NCBI GenBank assembly: GCA_964016885.1
Contig: OZ024740.1
Coordinates: 261,144,001-261,208,000 of the forward strand
DNA: 64,000 bases
DNA from: Eledone cirrhosa
Lineage: Eukaryota
Direction of reading: 5' to 3'
The notes beneath the pieces were generated by a model, which searched no databases, had not been told where the DNA came from, and saw nothing but the letters and a program-made list of their open reading frames with translations. Of the stretch, positions 25,459-39,297 are shown in pieces. Position 1 is the first letter of the stretch. Each line of letters begins with the position of its first letter. Position numbers and translations under genes: made by a program.

Positions 25459-26339
25459 TAAATAATCAAAAGTGTTCCTTACATTGCTCGGAAAGAGTTT
25501 TGGGGGTTAAATCCACGCCAAGGTTCATTGCTCGCAAAAATAGCTTGTTTTGATTTTGCAGCAGGTCAAGGGAGGTAACTCTGGCCGGTGTTAGGGCAGT
25601 CTTTCCCGGACAAATTTTTTTTTTTTTTATCCGCTACGAGATGAGGTTACAACCTTACCATTGTTGATACGCATGTAATCAACGCTTATTTTGAGAGTTT
25701 TTTTGCTGCATCTGTTTGTCTGAGTCGTTTGAGGCTGGGTCTGGTATGCAAGGATAGTTTCCTGGGTGTTCTTTTGCAGCGCCTGCCTGCCGGGGTGTTA
25801 AGACTTGTTGCAGGGAGATCCGGTGCACGGTTTCACTCCTCATCCTTAACCCATCTGAAGAAGGATATTTTTAAGCGATGTGTACAACTTATCGCTGTTT
25901 CAGCTCTGCTGTTGATATATATATATCAATAAGCTTAGTCATTCCCTAAATTTTTTTAGATATTTTGTCAATTGTGAATAAGAATCACAACTATATGATT
26001 GATCTACATTAGAAGCTTAATGTTGGTGTAAGGATACATCTTAAATGCATGTGTGCACTGCTGGATAGCTGACCATGCCATTGTAAATAAGTCACTCTTC
26101 CTGTCAACGGGTATGATTCATTGCTCGTCTTCTAGAATTCTTTGATATCAACACCAATTCTGCATTAGGAACATCTAATACACAAAATCACTCAATATGA
26201 CATCAGTTTACAAAGTGTAAAAGTTTCAAAAAACACCTGAGATTCAATACATAAGTATGAATATTGCTGTATATTTATTAATGAAAAATAATGGCTAGCA
26301 ACATCTGAACTATTAATATAAATCTTTTAAAATAACATT

Positions 26340-27856
26340 ATAAAACTAGGTATAGATGAGTGGCTTGTGAGGGCAGTACAAGCCATGTACAGAAGAACAG
26401 TCAGCAAGGTCAGAATTAACAATGACTATAGTGAAGAACTTACTGTGCAGGTTGGTGTCCACCAAGGCTCAGTTCTTAGCCCCCTCCAGTTTATCATCAT
26501 CCTACAGGCAATAACAGAGGAGTTTAAGATTGGCTGCCCTTGGGAACTTCTGTATGTAGATGACTTAACCTTTATAACCGAATCTATAGCTGAATTAGAG
26601 ATGAAATTCCAAGCCTGGAAGCATGGCCTAAAATCTAAAGACTAAAGTTCTAGTAAGTAGAAAGAATAACAGGGCCCAGATTTCTTCAGGGAAATGGCCT
26701 TGCTCATTGTGCTGAAAAAGTGTAGGTAGAAATTCCATCATATTCCCAAGTGCAATATGTGTAAACAAGAGATGTAGTGGGATCCCAGGCTGGCTAACAA
26801 AGAACGTAGGTTTTACATGTGTTTGCTGCACAGTAGCAAGAGCTTTCAGGATACAATCACCTTCAAATGCCCAGAGGGCTCTATAGAAGTGGTGGGTAGT
26901 TTCTGCTACCTGGGTGACCAAATCAGCAGTGGGGGAGGGTGTTCCGAAAGCACAGTAATGAGAGTGAGATCGGGTTGGAGAAAGTTCAGAGATTTACTAC
27001 TGCTGTTAACTAGAAAAGTATTTTCCTTCAAAATGAAAGGCAGACTGTATGATGCATCTATACGAACAATTATGTTGCACAGCAGTGAGACCTGAGTATT
27101 GCGTGCAGAGGACCTGTGAAGATTGGAAAGAAATGAAGCTTCCATGCTTTGATGGATATGCAATAGCAACATACACGAACAGCAAAGCATAAACAAACTG
27201 CATGAGAAATTAGGTATAAGATGTGTGCAGGCGAGGAGATTGCATTGGTATGGACTTGTGATGCGCATGCAGGATGACAGCTGTAAAAAGAGGTGCAAAG
27301 CACTCAAAGTTGATGGTAGCCATGGAGTGGGCAGGCCTAGAAAGACTTGGGATGAGATAATAAGAGCTGACCTTGCTCAATTACACCTCACTAAGGCACA
27401 GGACCATGACCTCTGGTATTATGAAGTATTACAGAAGACCTGCCCTCTAATATTCTTGGGCTGAGGCATATATCGAGTAGGCAACACCTTCCCCTACCAT
27501 CTCCCCTACCATCTAAACCTCCCTCGCAATCATCCACCCCTATACCTACATCCCCAAGTTCCCAACCCCTTCCATAAAGTTATCCCCACCTGGAGCCACA
27601 ACAAAAGAGCCCAGCCCACACTATATAGTGGTTGTGTGGGTGACACGACAAAAGTGCCCAGTCCGCACTGTAAAGTGGTTGTGTCGGCATCACAACAAAA
27701 TGCACCCAGTATACACTGTAAATCTAGCCATAGAAACCAAACCAAAATAAGTTCTGTTGTGAGCGAATCACGGTCCCCTGACCTGATCTCTCACAAAGGG
27801 ACAGCCCGTCCTACTCATGCTAGTGTGGAATATGGATGTTAAATGATGATGATGAT
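26340..27856 (+). mobile_element. Older degraded RTE LINE (PHD family)
   Basis: GVHQGSVLSP, YVDD, RRLHWYG, GRPRKTW in broken ORFs; (GAT)n tail. Confidence 0.9.
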
Positions 27857-27929
27857 CCAACAATAATACACTTCTCTTTAGCCGGGGATTTTACTGCTGG
27901 ATGTCCTTCTTAACACCAACCACATTTAT

Positions 27930-28965
27930 AGTGTGGGACAGGATGGCATCCTTATGAGGATGGACAGGCCAGATGGCCATGCCGGACACATCTCATAGTG
28001 GAGCCAATAGTTTTGGAGCCCAGAACTGGATGGCACCGCTATGTGGAGGAACAGGGCAGTTAGTCACACAAAACTCCTCTCACAGCAGAACCACAGTCCG
28101 GGAGCCTGGAACTGTGTGGCACAGATAATGAGGAGATATAGGCCAGTTGGCAGCACTGGACCCCTCTCATAGGAGAACCACAATCAGGTAGCCTGGAACT
28201 GAGTGGCGCCACTAAACGAGGATAGACAGGTCTTTGGCTTCACTGGACCCTTCTCACAGAAGAACCATAGTTTGGGAACTGCAACCATATTTACAGCTGG
28301 TACTGGATGGCTCCACTATGGGGAGGGACAGGCCAATTGGCCATGCTGAAGTTTTCTCACAGGGGCACCACAGTTCAGGTGCCACAACCACATTGCAGTG
28401 CGGAACTGGATGGCACCACTATGAGGAGGGACAGGCTAGTTTTCTGTGCCAAATACTTCTCATAGTGGAACTGAGTTTGGGAGCCTGGAATTGGATGGCA
28501 CTGCCAGTTGGCCATGCCAAAACCAGGAGGTTGGAACTGGATGCGTCTGCTAATGAGGAGGGACAGGCCAGTTGGCCGTGCTGAACCTCTCTCACAGCAG
28601 AACCATAGTGTGGGAACCACTACCACATTTACAGCCCGGTACTGGATGACATTGCCATGGGGAGGGACAGGCCAGTTGGCCACACCAAGCATTTCTCACA
28701 GCAGGACCACAGTTCAGGTGCCACAACCACATTACAGTGTGACACTGGATGGCACCACTATGAAGAGGGACAGGCCAGTTGGCCACACCGAACCCTTCTC
28801 ACAGTGGAACTGAGTTTGGGAGCCTGGAAATGGATGGTACCAGTATGCGGAGGGACAGGCCAGTTGGCCATGCCAAAGCCTTCTCACAGCAGAACCACTG
28901 GTTGCGCTGAACCCTTTTCACAGCGGGACCATAGTTTATGAGGGAGGTTCGGCCAGATAGTCGCA
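27930..28965. repeat. Complex GC-rich minisatellite with ~80-105-bp units
   Basis: gagggacaggccagttggcca...ctcacagcagaaccacag...ctggatggcaccactatg recurs about 11 times. Confidence 0.85.
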
Positions 28966-29499
28966 TCAGCCTTACTCATAAGTTATTGGGTGGGCCTGCA
29001 ATTGACCATGTTTGTAGTGTGGGGTTGGGTGGCACCGTTATATATATAGTGAAACTTTGCCTTTCATCCTTACGGGATCGATAAAATAAAGTACCAGTTA
29101 TACACTGGGATAATTGCTGGCCTTGTGCCAAAAGTAGAAACAATTATATATAAAGTGAAAAAAGTGTGGACATTATAAAACGTTCTATACAGGTCATGTT
29201 ATATAAGGAAAATGATAATAAAAAAAAAAGTATTTGAAAAGCGCACTAAAACGGATCTTTATAACATGTATAAAAAAATTGATGTTAGCAAAGCCTGCTT
29301 TCTCCATTTGGATCTTCAAAACATTTATTATTAGGTTAAATTGCTTTTTTTGTTAAAACTCCTGCATGCTGATTGGTGTGGGTTGCTTCTCTCCTTGCTA
29401 AAGTAAGGGATACAACTGATTTTTTTCATTGCCTCTTGTGTGTAAAAGAATTTTTTTTAATCTGTAACAAAGGGTATTTTTTTAATTTGTAACAAAAAC

Positions 29500-30020
29500 T
29501 TATGTTGCAAGTGAGTTCAATCTTGGTTTGAATTTTTCTGATAAACATTTTCTCTTTATTAATTCGACTTTGTCCTATTATTTCATAACTACATTGGAAC
29601 AATGGGAAAACATTGAAGTTTGGCAGCTTTTTACCTCTGCATTCTTCTATATGTTTGCTTAGAGAGAGATGTTTCTAGTATACGTGGTTCTTTTTTGCTG
29701 TCTATGGACTGTCATTCTTTGTTGGAGTATCAGCCCCGTCTCTCCTACATAATGTTTGTGGCAACCTTGACAAGTTATGATGTGAATTAAGTTTTCTGAG
29801 TTGCATGAGAAGTTATTCTTAATTCTAAAGATGGGTCCGTCAGTGAAGTGGATTTCATGTCCATCCAATAGGTAACTGTACATTCTGCAATGAATTTGAT
29901 TGCATCTTTTCACATTGGGTTCTATAACTGTAGTTTGCAGCTCTGCCCTCATCAGTATTTTTTTAATGATTTCGGCTGTCGTTTACTCTTAATAATAGGA
30001 TATTTTTATAAAAGCTTTTT
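29500..30020 (-). mobile_element. Penelope-like element fragment (GIY-YIG with upstream Cys linker, Neptune-like)
   Basis: CNQIHCRMY...FSCNSENLIHIITCQGCHKHYVGETGLILQQRMTVHRQQ; degenerate hammerhead-like motif downstream at ~29282-29324(-). Confidence 0.8.
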
Positions 30021-30176
30021 CATTTTTTTTTTTTTTTTGTGGTATAGGTAGGTTTAGTTATATGTGTGTATAGATTACATACTTACATACATATATGTAC
30101 GTATGTGTGGGTGTGTTTATGTATATTTATGTGTATATATATATAACTTTTTCATCTACCTTATCTTTAGTTAGTA

Positions 30177-30525
30177 TCATCATCATCATCATCATTTTAC
30201 GTCCGCTTTTTCCCTGCTTGCAAGGGTGGGACGGGAACTGATTCTGGCTTGATTTCTACAGCTGGATGCCCTTCTTAACACCAACCTCATTTACAGTGAG
30301 TGCCGGGTGCTTTTTTTGCCGTGGCACCTCCACAACCACTTTGCAGCTGTAGAAATGAGATGATAGGGACCCCAGTCCCTATCGTCTCATTTCTACAGCT
30401 GAGTAAACTAGAACAATGTGAAATAAAGTCTCTTGCTCAAGGAAACAACACATCACCCGGTCCGAGAATTGAACTCACATCCTTTCGATTGCAAGGCCAA
30501 TGCTCTAACTAAGCCATATGCCTCC
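30177..30525 (-). mobile_element. tRNA-derived SINE family B with RTE-derived 3' tail
   Basis: Near-identical reverse complement of 39296-39633; (GAT)n tail. Confidence 0.88.
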
Positions 30526-30949
30526 AGTATATAAATAAATTTAATTTAATATAAATTGATAAACTAGGCTATAATACATACATCTTTTTTTTAATAATAG
30601 TTACGCCAATAGTTTATATTTTCCTCTATTCGCATAATACCTACTTAAATATAATTGTTGAAAGGATAAATTAGGCCATGGTAATTGCATCCCCTCTTTT
30701 GAACTAAATAATTAATCTCATAGCATTATAACCATATCAGTTATATAAAAAAAGCCATACCAATTGTTAATTATCTTTCCACTGATATAATACCAATTTA
30801 AATTATACATAAACATAGATAAATTACCTTTGAATTTTATAATACTAATTTTTCTTTATATTTAGTTACAATATGATTCTTTTTATAAGCACAAAATGTA
30901 GACACCATCCCAAGGCCAAGGTATTCCGTACTTCTCTGTACTGTTATAT

Positions 30950-31108
30950 ATATATATAATTATATATTCGTGTACAGATATTTTTGCATACACAATAAGA
31001 AAATATAAACAAATGTATTTATTTCACGAGGTTCAATAAGGATAAATATATATCAAATATATAAGAACCCTAGAGCAAATCCCGAGCAACGCCGGACCAT
31101 TCTGCTAG
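30950..31108 (+). mobile_element. 3' end of a non-autonomous Helitron
   Basis: Near-identical to 51075-51228; subterminal hairpin cccgagcaacgccgg followed by CTAG|T. Confidence 0.75.
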
Positions 31109-31630
31109 TACTATATATTTTCAACAGTAATACTGTACTATACTATATATTTTCAACAGTAATACTGTACTGTACTATATATTTTCAATGGTAATACTGT
31201 ACTATACTATATATTTTCAACAGTAATACTGTACTGTACTATATATTTTCAATGGTAATACTGTACTGTACTATATATTTTCAACAGTAATTCTGTACTA
31301 TATATTTTCAACAGTAACACTGTACTATACTATATATTTTCAACAGTAATACTGTACTATACTATATATTTTCAACAGTAATACTGTACTATATATTTTC
31401 AACAGTAAATCTATACTATATATTTTCAACAGTAATACTGTACTATATATTTTCAACAGTAAATCTATACTATATATTTTCAACAGTAATACTGTACTAT
31501 ATATTTTCAACAGTAATACTACACTATATATTTTCAACAGTAATACTATACTATATATTTTCAACAGTAATACTATACTATATATTTTCAACAGTAATAC
31601 TATACTATACTATATAATAATACTATACTA
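31109..31630. repeat. 27/32-bp minisatellite (actatatattttcaacagtaatactgt)
   Basis: Tandem units; gives the spurious LLLKIYS repeat ORF. Confidence 0.92.
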
Positions 31631-32045
31631 CCAATGGTAGTCGGGCACCAGCCGGAAGGGGCCAGCTAGTAATATATATATTTTTTAGTATAGTATCTAT
31701 TTTAAGCTAATATAAGTGGCATATAAACTGTCTCACAGTCTATATTTTTTTTTTTTACCAATCTAATTACGTCTTGTTTTAAATAATTCAAAAATGTTAA
31801 GTCCAACTGTATTTTTCTCCCACTCATGTAACATCTCCGGTGTTGCGTTTTTTTTCAAATCATATGCTTGGTTGTCACCGATCTGTCCAGATCGTTTGAC
31901 TGCCAGTATACCAACAGAATTCTGCATCTCCAATGCATTTTGTCTGACGAGAACATGTTTTGGATTATGTTATACATAAGCCTTGCATCTTCGAAATATA
32001 TATAATAAAATAAATAGAGATGATCTAAAGTAACTATCTTTTGTC

Positions 32046-32093
<48 letters not shown>

Positions 32094-32342
32094 AGGGTAA
32101 AAATATAATCCTATTGGCATGTAGAGAAGTAGAGAACTTTTTAGGAGAGTATGTGATTCTCAAATAGCTTTATTTTTCTTCTGACAGAGCATTGCTGCCT
32201 TTTATACACATGTACACAATTCTATTCCATCTTCTTGAATTTTGCCTAACTGTATTATAATCGGTAGTCATGCCGAAACAATTGAAAAACATTAAATGAG
32301 ATAAGATCTTTATTCTATCTTTCTATTGGTTATATATATATA

Positions 32343-32522
32343 CAAGGGTTGGCTGAAAAGGTCATAGGTTGACCAAGATTCTTTCATGGAATGACCAAAT
32401 GAGGTTTATTTTTCAATATAGTCCCTGGAAAGAAACAATGCAGTTATTAATAAGATGATTTGAAATTAATGCATGTAAGATTTCAGTTCTAGCATCACTC
32501 CTTCATTGTCAGCCTATGAAGT
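32343..32522. mobile_element. Mariner-type MITE remnant
   Basis: TA|caagggttggctgaaaaggtcataggttgac ... gtcagcctatgaa partial inverted end, within TA tracts. Confidence 0.5.
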
Positions 32523-32598
32523 CTACCATTATATATATATATATATATATATATATCCAGTGCTTATGTTAACTTTATTTTTATTTTATTTTTTTCAG

Positions 32599-32825
32599 AT
32601 GGAATGGTTCCAATACCAACAACAAAAACTTTGATGGTGAGGGGACTGCAGGAACTGATCGAAGTAATGTAGTACCATTGACAGAAAGTACTTATTCAGA
32701 AAAATTAGATCTGCCATTTGAACCTTCAGCTTTTGGTCATTATGGTACCAACTATCCTGCCAAAGCCGCAGATTCTTTATTTCTGGGTCTTTCTCAAGAA
32801 GATATTACTAAACTTGCCCATCTTG
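32599..32825 (+). CDS. DD3-3-like protein exon
   Basis: tttcag|A...G|gtatgc, 227 nt, phase 2/1; WNGSNTNNKNFDGEGTAGTDRSNVV...FGHYGTNYP...FLGLSQEDITKLAHL. Confidence 0.9.
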
Positions 32826-33439
32826 GTATGCACATATTTTTCCTGTTTTAAACATTCTTGACAGATGAGTGATAAGGAATTTGGTATGGATGAGTGTGAT
32901 GGAGGTGGGGGTCATATCTCATTATTGAGTGTCATTTTTACATCTGGGTTCCATGCTGGCATGGGTTGGACAAAACTTTATTTCAGACATTATGCTACAG
33001 TTAAATGCCCTTCTTGATGCCAACCATTCTTTGTTTTTAAGTAAGGTACTGATCTTTGCAAATTGAAGTGTTGGGCTGTGAGACATAGACAAATGGTACC
33101 AATGTGAAGTGAAGACATATGCAGTGAAAAACACACCAACAACAAGCATTTTAAGACTATTTTTCCTATTTTTTCTATTAAAGCAAGGGTTAACCTCACA
33201 GGCACCATGACCTGTTAAATACTTGTCATGGGGTTCTTTTTGAAGCCATGTTTTATGGCCAGATGCCCTTTTTGGCACCAGCCCTTTTACGCCCTTCTTA
33301 CAGCATGTAGATATATGACATACCTATTCTAAACAACATACTTGTAAGTCAAAGGATCAAGCATTGTCAGGTATACAGAATGTCTATTCTAAACTAGATA
33401 CCTGTAATTCAAAGGATCAGCCTTGTAAGCTATTACTGG

Positions 33440-33735
33440 TACTCATTTTCAGCTGAGTATACTGGAACAATGTGAAATGAACTGTTTTGCTCAAGAACAC
33501 AACACACAACCTCGTCCAAGGATTGAACCTACAACTTTATGATCTTAAGTCCAACACCCATACCGCTAGTCCACATGCTTCTATGCTTTCAGGGAAAACA
33601 ATTAATTCAAATTGATTATTGAATTTCTAAACTTCCAAGAAATTTCTCAAGAACACAACACACAACCCAGTCCAGGAATTGAACCCATAACATTATGAAT
33701 GTAAGTCCAACACCCTTACCACTAGGCCACACACC
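33440..33735 (-). mobile_element. Two degenerate SINE family B heads (another at ~36030-36215)
   Basis: Reverse complement of ggcctagtggtaagggtgttggac...ggttcaattcctggac...tgtgttcttgagcaa. Confidence 0.65.
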
Positions 33736-33849
33736 TAAGACATATAAGAGACATTTGCCCAATTTGCTATGCTGTGGAATTAAAACTGAAACTATGTGAC
33801 TGTGAGGCAAACTTCCTAACCACACAAACATCAAGCTATTATCTGACCA

Positions 33850-34280
33850 CTACATACACACATATATGTGCATACACACACATACATGGTCAGACATACA
33901 CACATGGTAAGTCGCACACACACATATATACGCACATAAATACGTATATGCACATATATACACATGCACACATACACACATGTGCACACACACATACACA
34001 TGGTCAGAGACTCACCCATACACATGCCTACACACACATATACACACACATGCACATAAACATGCACACATACACCCATGTACACACACGTACATGTTCA
34101 CACACATGCACACAAGCACATACACATATACATACATACATTTACACACATACATAGACACATACATAAAAACAAACGCACATGCACACACGCATACATG
34201 TATAAACTTACTAAACTTACATACATCCACACAAGTACACACACATATGCACACACATACACACAGTCACACATACTCAT
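33850..34280. repeat. Imperfect (CA/TA)n microsatellite
   Basis: Low-complexity acacacatacac tract. Confidence 0.9.
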
Positions 34281-34811
34281 GGGTCTCGAATATTCTTGTA
34301 TGTGTGTGTCCGCTTATTTATTTTTCAGATTTTTCCAACCCCCAACTCTTAGTCCAACCCCACCCTCCATTTATTAAAATTTACTAATCTATTTCCAGTT
34401 AAATTTTATTTTAAGTGGTCGCATTCCTGTGACAATTAATTTTCTTTATACATTAAAAAACATTATACATGACAAAAAAGTACATTACTAGAAATCTCAT
34501 ATGTTATAAAATAAATAGGATGGGTTGGGGTCTCAATACGTAAACTAAATGACTAATTCTGGTTTTTAAAAAAATCAATGGAGACAATTTAGAAAAATTA
34601 CCAATTCTCCAACCCTGCTCTCCCTTATTCCACTCTCCTCCTCCATTATTTGGGACCAAAGAGTTCATACATGTAACAGTTGACCCTGTATTTTCCAAAA
34701 TAACAACACTTCAATTTAGAATGATATTGTGTGTGTAAAAGCTATGAATAAGGAATCAAAATCTGAAAAGAGTGGCGAACATTAAAATACTTTTCTTAAA
34801 TACTTTTCTAG

Positions 34812-35022
34812 GGAATAAAGGAGCAGATCCTCTGTTAAACAAGGCAGATACTTATTTTGATCTTGGTCCTCGCAAGATAACCCAGAAAGGGATTTACCAT
34901 TATATGTCAACTAGAAATAACAATTTCTCAAATAGAGATCAGAAAGGAAAAATTATCGTGAGTGATTTTCCAATCATTTATGAAATGATTGGTTCTGGAG
35001 GTGGCAACATATCAATAGAAAG
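34812..35022 (+). CDS. DD3-3-like protein exon
   Basis: ttctag|GG...AG|gtaata, 211 nt, phase 1/2; [43 protein letters not shown]...IGSGGGNI. Confidence 0.92.
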
Positions 35023-35077
35023 GTAATAACTTTTCTACCTGTAATTTGTGGTGCTAGTGCCAGTGATTACATTGCAC

Positions 35078-35540
35078 TTGTTGTTGTTGTTGTTGTTGTT
35101 AGTGTTGTTGTTAATGATGTTGTTGCCATTGGTGTTGTAGTTGATGATGTTCTTAGTATTGTTGTTGTTAACGATATTGTTATGTTGTTATTGTTGTTGC
35201 TCTGGTTGTTGTTGTTAGTGATGTTGTTGCCAGTGTCATTGTTGCTATTGGTGTTATTGTTAGTGATGTTATTGTCATTGTTGTTGTTCTTGCTATTGTA
35301 GTTGATGCTACTGCTGTTGTTGCTGTTGTTAGTGATGTTGTTGTTGTTGTTGATGCTGTTGTTATTGCTGTTGTTGTTGATGATACTGTTGTTGTTGCTG
35401 TTGCCAGTGATGCCATTGTTGTTGTTGTTGGCATTACAGTTGATGTTGTTGTTGTTGCTGTTAGTGTTGTACTTGATGTTGTTAGTCTTGTTATTGTTGC
35501 TGTCATCATCATTTTTTTGCTGTTGTTATTGTTATTGTTT
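35078..35540. repeat. Imperfect (GTT)n tract
   Basis: Trinucleotide low complexity; source of the poly-T and poly-L ORFs. Confidence 0.9.
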
Positions 35541-36525
35541 AGCCCCAGGTCAGCCCTTATCAGACAGACCTATGTTCCAAGACACATCAGCCATGGCCAT
35601 CCTGTCTTGTTTTTTAGCCCCAGGTGTCTATGATATCAAACTGTTTGTTTTAAAAGGCTTATATTTATCTAAAAAAAAACTTCCAACATAATAATTGTAT
35701 GTAAGAACTTTTGTTAAGTTATATTCCAAACACTAGCTAAATAATGAGAAAGTTAGTTATGATACTAAATTCCTTCAAACTTTTGATTATTTTCAAAAGG
35801 ATTTCAAAATTATTGGCAGTTTTTTTCCATTAGAAATATGGTAACGGAAGAATTAAATATACATGCCTGTAGAAAACAGACATGTATACATTTACATAAA
35901 GGTAAAGACCCCCTTCAGTCAGGAATGACCATAACATTTGCACCTAGAAAGTTCCCACTGTGGCACAAGCCTGGGCAAGGTGTTGTTTGTGGCAGACCAG
36001 CAGTCACCCATGCAAACCGGTCTCATCTCTCCATGCCACCAATGTTGTCCAAGGGAAAAGCAAAGGCCGATACAGCTTGGTACTAGTGATGTCACAACTC
36101 ATTTCTACAGCTGAGTAAACTGGAGCAGCATGCATTAAAATGTCTTGCTCAAGGGCAGAATGCATCACCCGGTTAGGAATTAAAATCACAATTGGGAACC
36201 AAGACTTTAACCACTAAGTCTTTGCAACTCAACTACATACATATTAATTTATTGAGTAGGTCATTCCCTTGACCAAACAACTGTAACATTCTTTATCAAA
36301 ACTGATAATCTATGGCAGATTAAAAGGAAGAAGGACTGACAGGGACAGCCCAGAGCCCTACAATATTTCATGGGACCCCAAATTTATTTATTTTTGCTAT
36401 CATAAATAATGTGCAAGAGTCCAAATGAAATTTTGAATGAAGGGGTCCATGCAAGCTTAATCTGTTCCTGGGTCCACTTACTAATCTGTTTTCATAATAT
36501 TTCACCCTTTTTGTTGTTTTTGCAG

Positions 36526-36643
36526 TAAAGCCACCCTGTATGTGACCCCTAATACCATGAATAAACTACAGAGTCTACAGATGGTCAGCTGGTCCCCTGA
36601 TAAAGGAAATAAATGGCTGAAAGACAGAGCAAAGCAACTTCCG
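36526..36643 (+). CDS. DD3-3-like protein exon
   Basis: tttgcag|T...CCG|gtaaga, 118 nt, phase 2/0, which exactly bridges its neighbours; (S)KATLYVTPNTMNKLQSLQMVSWSPDKGNKWLKDRAKQLP. Confidence 0.78.
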
Positions 36644-37325
36644 GTAAGAATCTTCTTTAGAATATTCCAAGCAAATATTATTTAAGTTCACTTGACAATT
36701 ATAAGGTAGTAGATTCAATTCTACACTGGCGTCAGCTAGTGGTTGTAACAGAGGTAATGATAGCAATAATGGCAACACTTATGATGATTATGAGAATGGT
36801 GGTGACTATGACGATGATGATGATGACTATGGTTGTGATAACTGTTATTATTATTATTACTATTATGGGCGGTGATGGATTGGCAGAGTCATTAGAGTGT
36901 CAGACAATATGCTTTTCAATATTTAGTTACAGCCATTTATATCGAAATCCCACCATTAGCTTTGCCTTTCATCCTTCAGGTTCTTTAAAATAAAGTACCA
37001 GTAATGTACTGGGGTTGATGTAATCAACTTTCCCCTGCCCCAAAATTATTGTGTCAAATATAGAAACAATTATTATTATGATGATGACTATGGTGATGAT
37101 GAGGACTATGGTGATGGTGAGGATGACTATGGTGCTGATGATGATGATGACTATGGTGGTGATGATGATGATGATGATGATGACTATTGTGATGATAATG
37201 ATGACTATGATGATGATGATGGAAGTGACAATGATGACAAAGATGATATGTTACTAATTTTCATATTTATTTTTCAAATGTTTTTTCTATGATATTTTTT
37301 ATTTTTATTTTTTATAATTTACTAG

Positions 37326-37685
37326 ATTGTGGAAGGATTTGCAAGTGACTTTATATTTCTGTTACCTGAGGAGAGTTTTGCTGTGAAAAATACTGCAAAA
37401 CTCAGCTTAGTTCTTACAGACAGTGATTCAGAATATATTGCTGTGTATCGAACCGACCAAGAGAATTTTGGAGTCTGGCAGAAAATACCATCAACAGTTA
37501 CTGACAACATGGCTGAAATAAACATCAAACGTGGTGGCATTTATGTGGCTCTCAAAGAGAAGCACTTAGATACTACAACCAATATTATTGTTGGTATCAT
37601 AATGGGGCTTACAGCATTAATAGCTGCCCTGGCTTACTGCTACTTCAGGAGGCGTCACCCATGGCTTTATGCAAAAGATGTGTAA
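37326..37685 (+). CDS. DD3-3-like protein terminal exon with transmembrane helix and short basic tail
   Basis: ctag|ATT, phase 0; IVEGFASDFIFLLPE...RGGIYVA...IIVGIIMGLTALIAALAYCYFRRRHPWLYAKDV*. Confidence 0.85.
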   Translation: MVEGFASDFIFLLPEESFAVKNTAKLSLVLTDSDSEYIAVYRTDQENFGVWQKIPSTVTDNMAEINIKRGGIYVALKEKHLDTTTNIIVGIIMGLTALIAALAYCYFRRRHPWLYAKDV

Positions 37686-38062
37686 TAATAATAACAATAA
37701 GAATTTTAATAATTATTTCAATAATAATAATAATTGTTTCTACATTTGGCACAAGGCCAGCAATTATTCCTGTGTATTACTGGTACTTTATTTTATCGAC
37801 CCCGTAAGGATGAAAGGCAAAGTTTAACCTCGGCTGGATTTGAACTCAGACTGTAAAGGGGCGTAACTCTATGCTACAAATCATGGTGTCTGACTCTCTA
37901 CCGATACTGCCAATCCTCTGCCCTTATAATAATAATAATAATAATATATACACACACACACACATATACATATATATATACATATACATATATGTATACA
38001 TGTACATATATATATATATGGGTACATATACATATATCTACATACATACATACATACAAATG

Positions 38063-38098
<36 letters not shown>

Positions 38099-38688
38099 TA
38101 AAGAAAATCTGCAGTCCCAGCAACTAATCATAGGAGTACTCAATGCATAGGGAGATACAGAGTGGGTATTAAGTTATGTAAAATTAAAAACAAAATTTGT
38201 TTTTGCTCTAACATTATTAGAATATTATCCCGCCGAGGTTAACTTTGCCTTTCATCCTTACGGGGTCGATAAAATAAAGTACCAGTAATGCACTGAGTAA
38301 TTGCTGGCCTTGTGCCAAAAGTAGAAACAATTATTAGAATATTATTATTCACTCACCAATACATTTATGTATCCACCATGTTAGAGAGAAAACAAATTTT
38401 GTTTTGAATTTTTAGCAAAGCCAGCCGTGAATTTGCACGGTATGCAATTTAGGCTAATCAGCTGATGTATAACTTTGAGAATACTATGTATTCGCAACAG
38501 CTCCAGCAGTGATGAGAGAATATATAGTCTTGATAAAGGGAAATAACTCCGAAACAATTTAATTTTTACTCTGCTACAGCAGATGTCAGTCATCTAGAAA
38601 ACACATGGGATTAAGAGGCTGTTTGCTTGCAAATGACCCGAATATTAATAATACAATTATTATTCACTCACGAATACATATATATGTA

Positions 38689-38727
<39 letters not shown>

Positions 38728-38797
38728 TCATCATCATCATCATTGTTTAACGTCCATGTTCCACGCTTGCATTTGGATATATATATATATATATGTA

Positions 38798-39009
38798 TGT
38801 AACAAAGAAGGTGTGGTAACATACCAGGTGCACCATAATGCACCAGAGTTCTCAATACTTAGGGTAGTAGAGTGGGTAATAGGAAAAGCGTCAGGACCCC
38901 GACAGCTGAGCTACGGCCATTTCGACAGCTAGATCTGAACTGATCTAGCTGTAGAAATGGTCGTAGTTCAGCTGTCGGACTCCGGACGCTTTTCCTATAT
39001 GTATGTGTG

Positions 39010-39045
<36 letters not shown>

Positions 39046-39199
39046 AAAATGTTCTGGACTCCAGAAATAGCCGTCGAAATGGCTTGAGCTCTGCTGTCGG
39101 TGTCTTGAACATTTTCCTATTACCCACTCTACTACCCAAAATATTGAGTACTCTGGTCCGTTATGGTCCATCTGGTCCCTTACCACATTTCTTTCGTTA
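38798..39199. mobile_element. Foldback/MITE-like element with ~135-bp imperfect terminal inverted repeats in a TA tract
   Basis: 38798-38935 is the reverse complement of ~39068-39199; extra inner hairpin 38879-38998; related pieces at 17798-17965 and 22310-22830. Confidence 0.7.
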
Positions 39200-39239
39200 T
39201 ATATATATATATATATATAATATATGTGTATGTATGTAT

Positions 39240-39295
<56 letters not shown>

Positions 39296-39297
<2 letters not shown>

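Noticed and set aside
33774-34387. Long His/Thr- or Val/Cys/Tyr-rich ORFs (also 37871-39387, 48875-49277, 53588-54045, 54732-54938)
   Set aside because: Translations of (CA)n/(TA)n microsatellites, which lack stop codons by composition
35180-35691. Mucin-like poly-Thr and poly-Leu ORFs; poly-Met ORFs at 36739-37257
   Set aside because: (GTT)n and (ATG)n tracts within introns; exon phases close without them
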